From Gammaproteobacteria bacterium (GTDB lineage: Bacteria; Pseudomonadota; Gammaproteobacteria; Eutrophobiales; Eutrophobiaceae), in the NCBI GenBank assembly GCA_965221695.1, contig OZ244905.1, positions 2,624,001 through 2,688,000 of the forward strand: a DNA stretch of 64,000 nucleotides, read 5' to 3'. The notes beneath the pieces are model-generated. The model searched no databases. It was given only the letters and a program-made list of their open reading frames with translations, and was not told the origin of the DNA. Shown here piece by piece: positions 32,572 through 42,047 of the stretch (the first letter of the stretch is position 1; each line of letters opens with the position of its first letter). Position numbers and translations under genes: made by a program.

Positions 32572-33656
32572 GTGGTCACCTTTTTTTGTAACTCGGGCAT
32601 CAAATGATCGGCAAAGAGCTGTTGCGTACGCATGGCTTGTTCTCGCGTCAGACCGCCATAATGGCTGATGATGATCAGCTCATCAAACAGGAAATCCTGG
32701 TACAACTCCTCCAGTTTTAATCCCACAGAATCCGGAGTCCCAACGTACAATATGTCATTTTCGATCAATTCATCGTATTCCATTCTGCCGATGTTCGGCA
32801 TGAAGTCCATGGTATAGAACTGATATCCGGCGGCTACCAGGCGTTCCCGTTCTGTATCGTTGGATGGGAAGATGGTCATTTGCGGAGCGACGTTATAACG
32901 GACAAAGTCAACGGCAGCCTGCCTGACTTCAGCATGGGCTGCTGCTTCGTCTTCGTGCAGGTATATCGCCTTGATAAAGCCGACACTGGGTCGGGTAGAA
33001 GCGTCAGCGCAGGCCTCCCGGTAAACGTCAACCGCTTTCTTGAAAGCCACATTAGGCGCCGGCCCGCCGACCACTACACCCCATTCCTTTTGCGCGGCCA
33101 TGGTAAACCACTTGGCACTGGTGCCCACCTGATAGATTTTCGGGTGGGGCTTCTGTACAGGCTTGGGGACGACGCTGACGTCATTGACATTGAAATACTT
33201 GCCACTATAGGAAAAGCGCTCCTCGGTCCAGGCCTTTTGCAGTATTGCCAGGCTTTCCACGTAGCGCCCCATACTTTCCTCCATGGGCAGGTCAGCCGGC
33301 CCGCATAACCATGGGTGTCCGCGTCCCACGCCGCATTCGATGCGCCCTTTCGTCAGTATATCCACCATCGCAATCTCACCTGCCAGCACCATGGGATTGT
33401 GTAAGGGCAAAGTGTGGCATAAGGCGCGAAAACGCAGGTTTTCGGTACGCTCGGCCAGATGAGTGAATACGGCCAGTGGGTTGGGATTGATCGCAAACTG
33501 CTCATAAAACGGGTGTTCCAATGTAGTGAATACATCGAAACCGACCTGGTCGGAATGTACGGCAAGAGCGAGCACGTCTTCTATCAGACCGGCATGGTCG
33601 CGCCCGGGAGGGCACTGAAATTCGACGTAGGTGCCAAAACGTAACGATTCAGTCAT
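32568..33656 (-). CDS. Luciferase-like (LLM class) flavin-dependent oxidoreductase
   Basis: LPLHNPMVLAGEIAMVDILTKGRIECGVGRG, PKPVQKPHP, GTPDSV. Confidence 0.9.
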   Translation of the reverse strand: MTESLRFGTYVEFQCPPGRDHAGLIEDVLALAVHSDQVGFDVFTTLEHPFYEQFAINPNPLAVFTHLAERTENLRFRALCHTLPLHNPMVLAGEIAMVDILTKGRIECGVGRGHPWLCGPADLPMEESMGRYVESLAILQKAWTEERFSYSGKYFNVNDVSVVPKPVQKPHPKIYQVGTSAKWFTMAAQKEWGVVVGGPAPNVAFKKAVDVYREACADASTRPSVGFIKAIYLHEDEAAAHAEVRQAAVDFVRYNVAPQMTIFPSNDTERERLVAAGYQFYTMDFMPNIGRMEYDELIENDILYVGTPDSVGLKLEELYQDFLFDELIIISHYGGLTREQAMRTQQLFADHLMPELQKKVTT

Positions 33657-33724
33657 TGGATATGGTCCGTGTTTTTATCCCGGCTGGTCCGACCCCGCAG
33701 CTCGGAATTTGTATTATACTATAA

Positions 33725-33754
33725 TAGGAATCTCTAATTAAGTCAGAGCTTCCC
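33725..33754. repeat. Collapsed copy of the IS5-like element (ends only)
   Basis: TAGGAATCTCTAATTAAGTCAGAGCTTCCC. Confidence 0.65.
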
Positions 33755-33784
33755 ATAATAAATCAAAAGTGGGAGGAGGTTACC

Positions 33785-34990
33785 ATGTGCGCTGCCGTTG
33801 CTGAAGAAAGACGCTGGGCAAAAACTTATCCCTGGCTGGGGGAAGATCCGGTACCGACCGAACCTTGTATTTCGGAGGACATTTATCACAGGGAGGTGGA
33901 GAAAGTATTCAAAAAAGTCTGGCTGCATGTGGGCCGGGACAATGAATTACCCGAACCGGGCTGCTACAAACTCAAGCGGTTGGAGTTTGCCAGTACCACG
34001 GTGTTATTGATCCGGGGCAAGGACGGCGCGATTCGGGCATTCCATAATACCTGCTCCCATCGAGGAAACACAGTCGTCGTGCCGGAAGGCGAATGGGACA
34101 ACTTTGGGCAGAAAGCGGCCTTCACCTGCCGTTTTCATGCCTGGACCTATAACGACAAGGGCGAGTTAATCGGCGCTCAGGACGAAACCGGTATGCCGCC
34201 GTGTTTCAAAAAGTCAGAAAATGGACTGACTCCCATCCACTGCGATACCTGGGAAGGGTTTATATTTATCAACCTGGATGATAATCCAGCGCAAGGGTTA
34301 CAAGAGTATCTGGGCGCAATGGGCAATCATTTCTCGGGGTTTCCTTACAGCGAAATAGCGCATAATTTTACCTATTACACCTATCTGAACTGCAATTGGA
34401 AGGTGGGGCTGGATGCGTTTGCCGAGGCTTACCATGTGAACACCATCCATGCCGGTTCATTCCCCGGCACGTTTTCGACTGGGTTGCAGATGATTAAACT
34501 ATTGGGCGACCACCGCACCACCGCCGTTTGTTTCAACCCACCCAAGGATGCGCCGCCGGTGGCTGCATTGGCTCAGACCAAGGCGCGCGGATCTTTGGTG
34601 AACAACGTCAGGGAGACGATCCTGCCGCCCAGCTTGAATGACGAAAAACGCGACGATTATGCGTTCGAACTCAGTGTGTTTTTTCCCAACTGGTTGTTGC
34701 ACGTCTCGGAAGGTATCTGGTTCACTCACCAGTTCTGGCCTATCAGTTATGAACGGTGTCTGTGGGAAGGAAAGTATTATGTGATGGAGCCTACCACCAA
34801 CAGTGAAAAATGGGCGCTGGAGCACGCGATGGTATTGCAACGTAATGCCTGGTTGGAAGACACCGCCACAATGGAAGGCACGTTCTATGCGCTCAATTCC
34901 GGCAGCAAAAAATACATGAACCTGCATGATGAAGAAATCCTCGTCAGACATGGTTATCATGTGCTGGAAAAATATCTGAACAACCGCTGA
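33785..34990 (+). CDS. Rieske non-heme iron oxygenase alpha subunit
   Basis: CSHRG...CRFHAW Rieske motif; NWK..DAFAEAYHVNTIH and WLED iron ligands. Confidence 0.93.
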   Translation: MCAAVAEERRWAKTYPWLGEDPVPTEPCISEDIYHREVEKVFKKVWLHVGRDNELPEPGCYKLKRLEFASTTVLLIRGKDGAIRAFHNTCSHRGNTVVVPEGEWDNFGQKAAFTCRFHAWTYNDKGELIGAQDETGMPPCFKKSENGLTPIHCDTWEGFIFINLDDNPAQGLQEYLGAMGNHFSGFPYSEIAHNFTYYTYLNCNWKVGLDAFAEAYHVNTIHAGSFPGTFSTGLQMIKLLGDHRTTAVCFNPPKDAPPVAALAQTKARGSLVNNVRETILPPSLNDEKRDDYAFELSVFFPNWLLHVSEGIWFTHQFWPISYERCLWEGKYYVMEPTTNSEKWALEHAMVLQRNAWLEDTATMEGTFYALNSGSKKYMNLHDEEILVRHGYHVLEKYLNNR

Positions 34991-35000
34991 GGGGGCGGTA

Positions 35001-35342
35001 ATGGCGCAACTGTTACCCGACGGTTTTGCAGAACTGGAAACCTGGGCCAGCGAGTGGGCGAAACCAACACAGAATACCCGCTGGGATAAGCGACTTGCAT
35101 CAACCCGGGGCGATTTAATCGCCTTCTATGAAGCTGTGCTGCCTTATCTGGAGCGCATTCTGCAACATGTCGATGAGTATCCCCTGGGAGAGCTACCGGA
35201 AGCCTCCGCAAGACTGTTTGACCTGGCCTTGATGCATGCGGAAATTGCGCCCAATGTAGAACTGTATGACGGCGACCCGAACGTGCCCCACAGTTTTGAA
35301 GAAAAACGCTTTATTGCGGTGCATGGGGATGACGAACATTAG
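35001..35342 (+). CDS. Small uncharacterised Rieske-associated protein (paralog of 37791-38141)
   Basis: GAGGGGG RBS; clear paralogy to the second copy (LLP..F..LE, W, FYEA.LP, E.AP..ELYD, VP.SF). Confidence 0.8.
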   Translation: MAQLLPDGFAELETWASEWAKPTQNTRWDKRLASTRGDLIAFYEAVLPYLERILQHVDEYPLGELPEASARLFDLALMHAEIAPNVELYDGDPNVPHSFEEKRFIAVHGDDEH

Positions 35343-35416
35343 AAGGTGAATGACTTGCCTGATTTTGACCGATAATATCAGCAATGCCTTGACTGGCCTG
35401 GAAAGGAGGTTCTGTT

Positions 35417-36544
35417 ATGACCATTAAAGCGGATACATACATCCGAATTGATCGAACGCTGCAACTTGGCGATGAGCCGGAGACGGGGCACAACCGTTGG
35501 CACCCGGATATCCAACCGGCTGCAGAAGTTGATCCGGGGCAGATCATCGGCATGGAAACGCGAGATGCTTTTGACGGACAGTTGAAACCGGAAACCACGG
35601 CGAAAGAGGTTGCCGCCACCAATCTGAACCTGGTGCATCCGTTGACCGGCCCGGTTTATATAAACGGCGCGGAGCCTGGCGATATCCTGGAAATCAACAT
35701 TATGGAAGTGGCGCCGGAGCCGTTTGGTTTCACCGTACAGGTTCCAGGGTTTGGTTTCCTGCGCGATCTGTTTACTGAACCTTATATCGTACATTGGGAT
35801 ATCGCCGACGGCTTTGCCATGTCCGCGGACCTGCCGGGCGTAAAGATACCGGGCGCGCCTTTCATGGGCGTGATGGGTAACGCGCCGTCCCATGAGCTAT
35901 TGGAAGAGACCAACCGGCGGGAAGCAGATTTGCAGGCTCGCGGCGGCATGGTATTGCTGCCGGATACCGCCGATGCCGTGCCCAGAGAGTCGGGTATTGC
36001 CGCCAAGGCTATGCGCACCGTTGCTCCCCATGAAACCGGCGGCAACGTGGATATCAAACAGTTGACTGCCGGCACCACGGTGCGTCTGCCTGTATATACG
36101 CCAGGCGCGCTGTTCTCGGTGGGCGATTCCCACTTCGCTCAGGGAGACAATGAAAGCTGTGGCACCGCAGTCGAGATGAGCGCAACGTTTTACGGTTCGT
36201 TCAAGCTGTTGAAAGGAGAAGCGGCCAGACGCAACATCAAGGATATGCAGTTCTACCGGGATGACTACTTTACTGCGCCGGAAATGGCCGTTCCACAACG
36301 GTTCTTTGCCACGACCGGCCAATCCTGCCGCAAAGATGGCGTGGCGGAAGCAGAGGACGCCACCCTTGCGGCGCGTAACGCCTTGCTGAACATGATTGAA
36401 TATCTGGTGAGCGAGCGGGGTTACAGCGAACAACAGGCTTATGCGATATGCAGTGTCGCAGTAGACCTGAGGATATCGGAAATGGTGGATGTGCCCAATT
36501 TCGTGGTGTCCGCGTTCCTGCCTCTGGATATCTTTACAGAGTAA
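35417..36544 (+). CDS. Acetamidase/formamidase (FmdA/AmdA family)
   Basis: HNRWHPDI, HPLTGPV, GGNVDIK, GDSHFAQGDNE, QAYAICS, VDVPN. Confidence 0.92.
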   Translation: MTIKADTYIRIDRTLQLGDEPETGHNRWHPDIQPAAEVDPGQIIGMETRDAFDGQLKPETTAKEVAATNLNLVHPLTGPVYINGAEPGDILEINIMEVAPEPFGFTVQVPGFGFLRDLFTEPYIVHWDIADGFAMSADLPGVKIPGAPFMGVMGNAPSHELLEETNRREADLQARGGMVLLPDTADAVPRESGIAAKAMRTVAPHETGGNVDIKQLTAGTTVRLPVYTPGALFSVGDSHFAQGDNESCGTAVEMSATFYGSFKLLKGEAARRNIKDMQFYRDDYFTAPEMAVPQRFFATTGQSCRKDGVAEAEDATLAARNALLNMIEYLVSERGYSEQQAYAICSVAVDLRISEMVDVPNFVVSAFLPLDIFTE

Positions 36545-36549
36545 ACGAC

Positions 36550-37785
36550 ATGACAATTGTTGCCGATGAATTAGAACAAGCAATGCCGTTCACCACCCGC
36601 TATCCCGAGTTGGGTACGGGTCCTGTGGATGTCAAGCCGCTGATCGACCCGGAATTGTTTGAACTGGAACGGGAACGTATCTTCAAGCAGGCTTGGTTAT
36701 ATGTTGCGCGGGCCGAGGAGCTGGCAGAACCCGGCGACTACAAACTGCGCCGCCTGGATGTGGCCGATACGTCTGTGATTATCGTTCGTGGGAAAGACGG
36801 GCAGGCGCGGGCTTTCCATAACATCTGCACCCATCGCGGCAACAAGCTCATCCCGGAAGCCGGCGCCCAATCTCTGGGCCATACGGCCACGCATACCTTA
36901 ACTTGCCGATTCCATGCCTGGACGTTCAATACCGATGGCGCCTTGCGCGGGGTCGCCCGTCAGGAGAATTTTGCCGGCCTGGATAAATCCTGCCTGGGCC
37001 TGAAACAGATACACTGCGAAGAATGGGAAGGCTTCATCTTCATTAATCTTGCCGAACAACCGCGGCAAACCCTGATCGATTACCTGGACGGCATGGCGCG
37101 CCACTTTGCCGGGTATCCGTACCATGAAGCGACTGTGCGATTGCGCTATTCGACCGTGCTGAACTGTAACTGGAAAGTCGCCCTGTATGCGTTCTCCGAA
37201 GGCTATCATGTTCCGACCATTCATAAGGGCACATTTCCCAGCCTGGCGACGCTGGAACATACCGAGTTCCGGTGCTTTGGTCCTCACAGCAGCTCAGGTC
37301 TGTACGTCCCCCCTGTGCCCGGACTGGAACCGACGCCCGTGACGGCAAACCTGGGTGGCAGGTTGATAATGTCGGCGCGGCATCGGCCTCATCTAGAAGA
37401 ACTGCCGGATAATATCAACCCGGAGAAGCGACAGGATCTCCAGTTTGAATTTTCCGTATTCTTTCCGAATACTGTATTGCACCTGGGCGCCGGTAACGGT
37501 TATCCGGGCATGGCCTATTTTCATCACCAATTCTGGCCCATTGCGGTGGATAAAACCCTTTGGGAAGGCACAAACTATTTCAGAAAGCCGGAAACCGTCA
37601 GCGAACGTGTGGCGATTGCCCATACCAACGCGCTGCACCGCAATGCCTGGTTGGAAGACACTTCGACCATGGAAGACACCTACCAGGCCCTGCGCTCCGG
37701 CGTCCTGGAAGAAATGGTCTTGATGGATGAAGAACTGATGATCAGGAATACCCACAAACACTGGCACGAGTATATGGGGCGCTGA
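36550..37785 (+). CDS. Rieske non-heme iron oxygenase alpha subunit (paralog of 33785-34990)
   Basis: CTHRG...CRFHAW, NWKVALYAFSEGYHVPTIH, RNAWLED. Start MTIV at 36550. Confidence 0.93.
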   Translation: MTIVADELEQAMPFTTRYPELGTGPVDVKPLIDPELFELERERIFKQAWLYVARAEELAEPGDYKLRRLDVADTSVIIVRGKDGQARAFHNICTHRGNKLIPEAGAQSLGHTATHTLTCRFHAWTFNTDGALRGVARQENFAGLDKSCLGLKQIHCEEWEGFIFINLAEQPRQTLIDYLDGMARHFAGYPYHEATVRLRYSTVLNCNWKVALYAFSEGYHVPTIHKGTFPSLATLEHTEFRCFGPHSSSGLYVPPVPGLEPTPVTANLGGRLIMSARHRPHLEELPDNINPEKRQDLQFEFSVFFPNTVLHLGAGNGYPGMAYFHHQFWPIAVDKTLWEGTNYFRKPETVSERVAIAHTNALHRNAWLEDTSTMEDTYQALRSGVLEEMVLMDEELMIRNTHKHWHEYMGR

Positions 37786-37790
37786 TTGTA

Positions 37791-38141
37791 ATGAGGCCGA
37801 CGACCCTGCTGCCTGAACAATTCTCTGATTTGGAACCTTTTGTCGGAATCTGGGCCTTTCCCACCGAGTTGCAGCGCTCCCAACAACGCTGGGCCGCAAC
37901 CCCGGATGATTACCGGCAGTTCTATGAAGCTATGCTGCCAATGCTGGACGAGATACTGACATACCTCGACCAATTCAAACCGGGTGAAATCCCGTCCTCG
38001 GCCTTGCCTCTATACCACCTGACCCTGGCTTTTGCCGAAACGGCGCCTCACAACGAACTGTATGACTGCAGCAATACAGTCCCAAACAGTTTTGCCGCCC
38101 ACCGGTTCGTGGCCGGACACGGGGAAATCCCGGACCGATAA
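37791..38141 (+). CDS. Small uncharacterised Rieske-associated protein
   Basis: Starts 5 nt after the Rieske stop; paralog of 35001-35342. Confidence 0.8.
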   Translation: MRPTTLLPEQFSDLEPFVGIWAFPTELQRSQQRWAATPDDYRQFYEAMLPMLDEILTYLDQFKPGEIPSSALPLYHLTLAFAETAPHNELYDCSNTVPNSFAAHRFVAGHGEIPDR

Positions 38142-38225
38142 CTCCCTTTTGCGCATACGAGCGTCTCGCCCGAATGCTGACACAGACCTTGTTCCGGCGC
38201 CATGTCTGGAACAAGCTATAGTTTC

Positions 38226-38257
38226 CCCGTTTGCGCAGTCAATGATGCGCAAACGGG
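38226..38257. terminator. Strong hairpin between convergent genes (candidate terminator or small repeat)
   Basis: CCCGTTTGCGCA-N8-TGCGCAAACGGG 12-bp stem. A second stem CTTGTTCC/GGAACAAG lies at 38188-38215 and a similar CCCTTTTGCGCA at 38144. Confidence 0.55.
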
Positions 38258-38279
38258 TTCTGGGTTGCTGCGATATGGG

Positions 38280-38756
38280 TTAAAAATTATCGCTGATGGT
38301 TGCAAGACCGCCGTCGTAGATACCGGTAATGACTCCCACGGCTTCCTCATCTGTAACGCCTTCCGCCATGAATGTTGATGACCAGTTGATGGTGGTAGTC
38401 ATCGCATCACCTTCAGCCTCGAATGTCGAACTGTAATCCTTGACCGGCAAGGGTCCTTCAATGATTGTATACGAGTACCCGGTAGCCGTTTCACCATCGT
38501 GCCGTTCCTTGAGCTGGGCGCCGTCTCCAAGGGTCAGCATGCGGTAGGTTGTCCCATCCTCTTCCATGATTTCACAGCCCACAACCGCGGGATGCCAGAC
38601 ACTGATGGCGCAGAAATCGCCGGCGTAGTCCCAGACCGCATCAATACTTGCATCGATCTGTATGGACTTGTTGACCTCAAGAGAAGTTGGCGCTTCGGTA
38701 CCGCAACCCGATAAAATAAATGCTATCGGCGCTAAAATAATTGCGATTTTTTTCAT
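38280..38756 (-). CDS. SRPBCC-family lipoprotein (MxaD-like)
   Basis: MKKIAIILAPIAFILSGC lipobox; VW...GDF..ISVWHP, YSYTIIEGPLPV. Confidence 0.85.
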   Translation of the reverse strand: MKKIAIILAPIAFILSGCGTEAPTSLEVNKSIQIDASIDAVWDYAGDFCAISVWHPAVVGCEIMEEDGTTYRMLTLGDGAQLKERHDGETATGYSYTIIEGPLPVKDYSSTFEAEGDAMTTTINWSSTFMAEGVTDEEAVGVITGIYDGGLATISDNF

Positions 38757-38861
38757 AGCAAGCTCCTTTAATGTTATGTTTAAGATAAATGTCCAAGCAG
38801 TCATTATAAATCTGTAGAATGAAAAATCATACAGGAATTTTTCACAAATTCAGGAGGAATT

Positions 38862-40154
38862 ATGACAACAGAGTTACATCGCCTCAGCGCTGTTGAAGCA
38901 GCCAAAGGCATTGCCTCACGCGCATTTACCACGGTGGAGCTGGTGACGGCCTGTCTTGAGCGTATCCATGCAAGAGAAGAACAAGTGGGGGCCTGGGCCT
39001 GGTTGGATCCGGATCAAGCGCTGGCGCAAGCCAGGGCTTGTGATGAACGGCCGCGGAAAACGCCATTGCATGGCGTGCCAATCGCAATTAAAGACATCAT
39101 GAATACGGCCGACATGCCTACTTGTTATGGTTCGGATGTGTATGCCGGGCATTATCCGGATGAGGATGCGACATGTGTCCGCCTGCTGCGAGAGTCCGGC
39201 GCAGTGCTCATGGGAAAAACGGTCACCACCGAATATGCTTATTATGCGCCCGGCAAAACCGCCAATCCCCATGCCTTGGGACATACACCGGGCGGATCCT
39301 CCAGTGGCTCAGCGGCCGCGGTGGCCGATTTTCATGTGCCGTTGGCCCTCGGAACGCAAACCTCGGGGTCGATTATCCGCCCGGCAAGTTATACTGGCAT
39401 TCTCGGCTACAAACCGACTTACGACAGTTATTCTCTAGCCGGTGTCCATCCCCTGGCGCCGGCGCTGGACACGCTGGGATCGTTCAGCCGCTCAGTCGCG
39501 GACTTTGCCCTGTTGCATCAGGCGCTAGCGGATAAGGAAATGGCGCTTCCGGTAGCGCGGCGACCCGCTGCCGTTGCCTTTGTGCGCACGCCGGCCTGGG
39601 CTGCGGCCACGGCGCAAACACAGCTTGCAATAAACAATTTTGTCAGCCAACTAAAGTCCGGCGGCATCAATATTATTGAGCCGGATGAGGACCTGTTGCA
39701 GGGCATCATGGAGGTTCAACAGGATTGCCTCGCCCATGGCGCCAGCCAGTCGCTGGGTCCTATCACGGACAGCCACCCGGATAAAACCAGGCCGCAAACC
39801 CGCGCCCTGGTCGCTGAAGGCCGCCGGGTGGATGAGTCTTTCAGCGACCGGATGGCAGCCGCTATGGTCGCAGGCGAACGCTTTCTCAGCGAGGTCTTTG
39901 CCCGCGCAGAACTGATTATTACGCCCAGCGCGGCGGATGAGGCGCCACCGGGTCTGGACAATACCGGCGACCCGATGTTCAACAGGATCTGGACTTTTTT
40001 GAAGACACCATGCATGAATTTGCCGTTGACAAAAGGCGCGCGCGGTTTGCCCGTTGGCGTACAACTGGTTTGCGCCAAGCGTCAGGACGCGCGTTTGCTG
40101 GCTTTTTCCGCATACTTGCAATCCCTGACAGGGTACACTATCGATCAACCATAG
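38862..40154 (+). CDS. Amidase-signature family amidase
   Basis: PLHGVPIAIKD, TPGGSSSGSAAAVA, GTQTSGSIIRPA. Confidence 0.93.
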   Translation: MTTELHRLSAVEAAKGIASRAFTTVELVTACLERIHAREEQVGAWAWLDPDQALAQARACDERPRKTPLHGVPIAIKDIMNTADMPTCYGSDVYAGHYPDEDATCVRLLRESGAVLMGKTVTTEYAYYAPGKTANPHALGHTPGGSSSGSAAAVADFHVPLALGTQTSGSIIRPASYTGILGYKPTYDSYSLAGVHPLAPALDTLGSFSRSVADFALLHQALADKEMALPVARRPAAVAFVRTPAWAAATAQTQLAINNFVSQLKSGGINIIEPDEDLLQGIMEVQQDCLAHGASQSLGPITDSHPDKTRPQTRALVAEGRRVDESFSDRMAAAMVAGERFLSEVFARAELIITPSAADEAPPGLDNTGDPMFNRIWTFLKTPCMNLPLTKGARGLPVGVQLVCAKRQDARLLAFSAYLQSLTGYTIDQP

Positions 40155-40180
40155 CATCCGGATGTCTAATTCCAACATAC

Positions 40181-40212
40181 TAAGGAACCTCTGAGATTAA
40201 GTCAGAGCTTCC
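40181..40212. repeat. Collapsed copy of the IS5-like element
   Basis: TAAGGAACCTCTGAGATTAAGTCAGAGCTTCC. Confidence 0.7.
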
Positions 40213-40227
40213 ATAATTTTACGGAGA

Positions 40228-41577
40228 GTGGATATGACCACAATGGCGACGAAAGAAGTTCCGTTAAGTCCCGTACAAAAACAGTGGTATGAAACAGCTT
40301 GCAGCAAAATTGACCTGGAGCGGCTGAAGCAGTTGATCTTTGACCTGACTGCAAAACACAGTCCCACCGGCGCCGAACGGGAAGCTTGTGAATTCATGAC
40401 TGACTACCTGAACAGCGTCGGGATCAAGGCCTGTTACCAGCCCATCACGGAGATTTCCGGCAACTGCTACGGTCGGGTAAAAGGATCGGGAGACGGCCCC
40501 ACGCTAATGTTGTATGCGCCTATTGACACCTTGCTGGAAGGCGACCCGGATAAAGACATCCCCCATGCCGGGCCCGAACACCGGGCAGATATGCGCCCGG
40601 AACCCTATATTGACGGCGACCTGGTAATCGGCTTGGGCGCTTCCAACCCGAAATCCATGGTTGCCTTGCTGACCGAAGCCCTGACCTGTGTGGTGGAGGC
40701 TGAGGTTGACCTCAAGGGCGATGTGATCATTGCCACGGCTGGCGGCGGCATGCCCTGGATCGCGCCGGAGCGTAACCATGCCGGCATCAGTAACGGCGTT
40801 AACCACCTGCTGTCCCATGGCGTGACCGCGGATTTCGGCGTGATCTGCAAACCCTGGGATGATATTTACTATGAGCACCCAGGCATGGTGTGGTTCAAGG
40901 TAACCGTATGGGGCACCATGGGTTATGCCGGCATTCCCCGCGGTGTGCCGGGCTTTCGCAGCTCGATCGTCCCCGCGGCAAAGGTGATCCTGGACTTGGA
41001 GGAATGGTTGATTGAATACCCGGACAAACACACCAGCGACCAGGTCAAGCCCCAGGGTTGGATCGCCGCTTTGCGTTGCGGCTGGCCGGACAAACCGGCC
41101 TTCCCCGGCGCGGCAACCGAGATCTGGCTGGATGTGCGCACCAGTCCGCTGCAGAAGGCCGCGGAGGTGGAGCGGGAATTTGACCAGGTAATGAAAGACA
41201 TTGCAGCCAGGCACACTGACGTGGACGCGCAATGGGAAACCATCGTCACCTGCGACGCGTCAGCAACCGACCCGGAGCACTGGGTGGTGCAGTCGGCGCT
41301 GCGCGCCTGGAGTGAAGTGCATGGCGAACCCTATCCCGGCGCCCCGCACATGGCGGGACAGACCGACGCCGCCACCATCAACCGGACTGGTTTCCCACTG
41401 GTGCGTATCGGTTATACCTGGCTGGGCGAAAAAGACATGCCGGCGGAATTCACTGAAGGTCTTGGCGGGATGGGCGTTGCCTGCATCCCCGATTTGGAGA
41501 ATACCATCAAAGAAGCGATCTATACTGTCATCGATTCCTGCACCCGCACTCGTGAAGAAGTCGGGTTGGCGGATTAA
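40228..41577 (+). CDS. M20-fold protein resembling 5-nitroanthranilate aminohydrolase (NaaA), with substituted metal ligands
   Basis: SPTGAE, G.G.GPTLMLYAPIDT, IGLGASNPKS, LKGDVII; overall ArgE/DapE-type layout. Confidence 0.75.
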   Translation: MDMTTMATKEVPLSPVQKQWYETACSKIDLERLKQLIFDLTAKHSPTGAEREACEFMTDYLNSVGIKACYQPITEISGNCYGRVKGSGDGPTLMLYAPIDTLLEGDPDKDIPHAGPEHRADMRPEPYIDGDLVIGLGASNPKSMVALLTEALTCVVEAEVDLKGDVIIATAGGGMPWIAPERNHAGISNGVNHLLSHGVTADFGVICKPWDDIYYEHPGMVWFKVTVWGTMGYAGIPRGVPGFRSSIVPAAKVILDLEEWLIEYPDKHTSDQVKPQGWIAALRCGWPDKPAFPGAATEIWLDVRTSPLQKAAEVEREFDQVMKDIAARHTDVDAQWETIVTCDASATDPEHWVVQSALRAWSEVHGEPYPGAPHMAGQTDAATINRTGFPLVRIGYTWLGEKDMPAEFTEGLGGMGVACIPDLENTIKEAIYTVIDSCTRTREEVGLAD

Positions 41578-41609
41578 CCCAGGTTGGAAATTATACGGGG
41601 GAGACGCTT

Positions 41610-42047
41610 ATGCCGTTAACTGACCTGCACCATGTCGCATTGAGAACAAGAGACCTTGCAGCCAGCGAACAGTTTTACATGGAGGCGCTAGGCATGAAAA
41701 AAGTGAAGCGACCGGATTTTGATTTTCCTGGAGCCTGGTTACAGATGGGGGAGACCATGTTTCATCTCATGGCCGGGTATGCCGCATTAGGTCCGGATGG
41801 CGAGATATCCCGCGGCAGCGGCGCCGTTGATCACCTGGCAATCCAGGCGCGGGGTTTTGATGAAATGCGCGCCCACTTTGAGAGCCTGGGATTAGAACAC
41901 AAGGAAAACGACATACAGGATTTTGGTATCTGGCAACTGTTCGTCAATGACCCGGATGGCGTCATCATTGAATTGAACTTTGCGCGGGCAGATGAGCCGG
42001 CGGGATCTCAGGGGCCGGGACGAGCGACATTGAGCAAGACGACCTGA
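41610..42047 (+). CDS. VOC/glyoxalase family protein
   Basis: LHHVAL, GAWL, DHLAI, QLFVNDPDGVIIELNF. Confidence 0.88.
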   Translation: MPLTDLHHVALRTRDLAASEQFYMEALGMKKVKRPDFDFPGAWLQMGETMFHLMAGYAALGPDGEISRGSGAVDHLAIQARGFDEMRAHFESLGLEHKENDIQDFGIWQLFVNDPDGVIIELNFARADEPAGSQGPGRATLSKTT

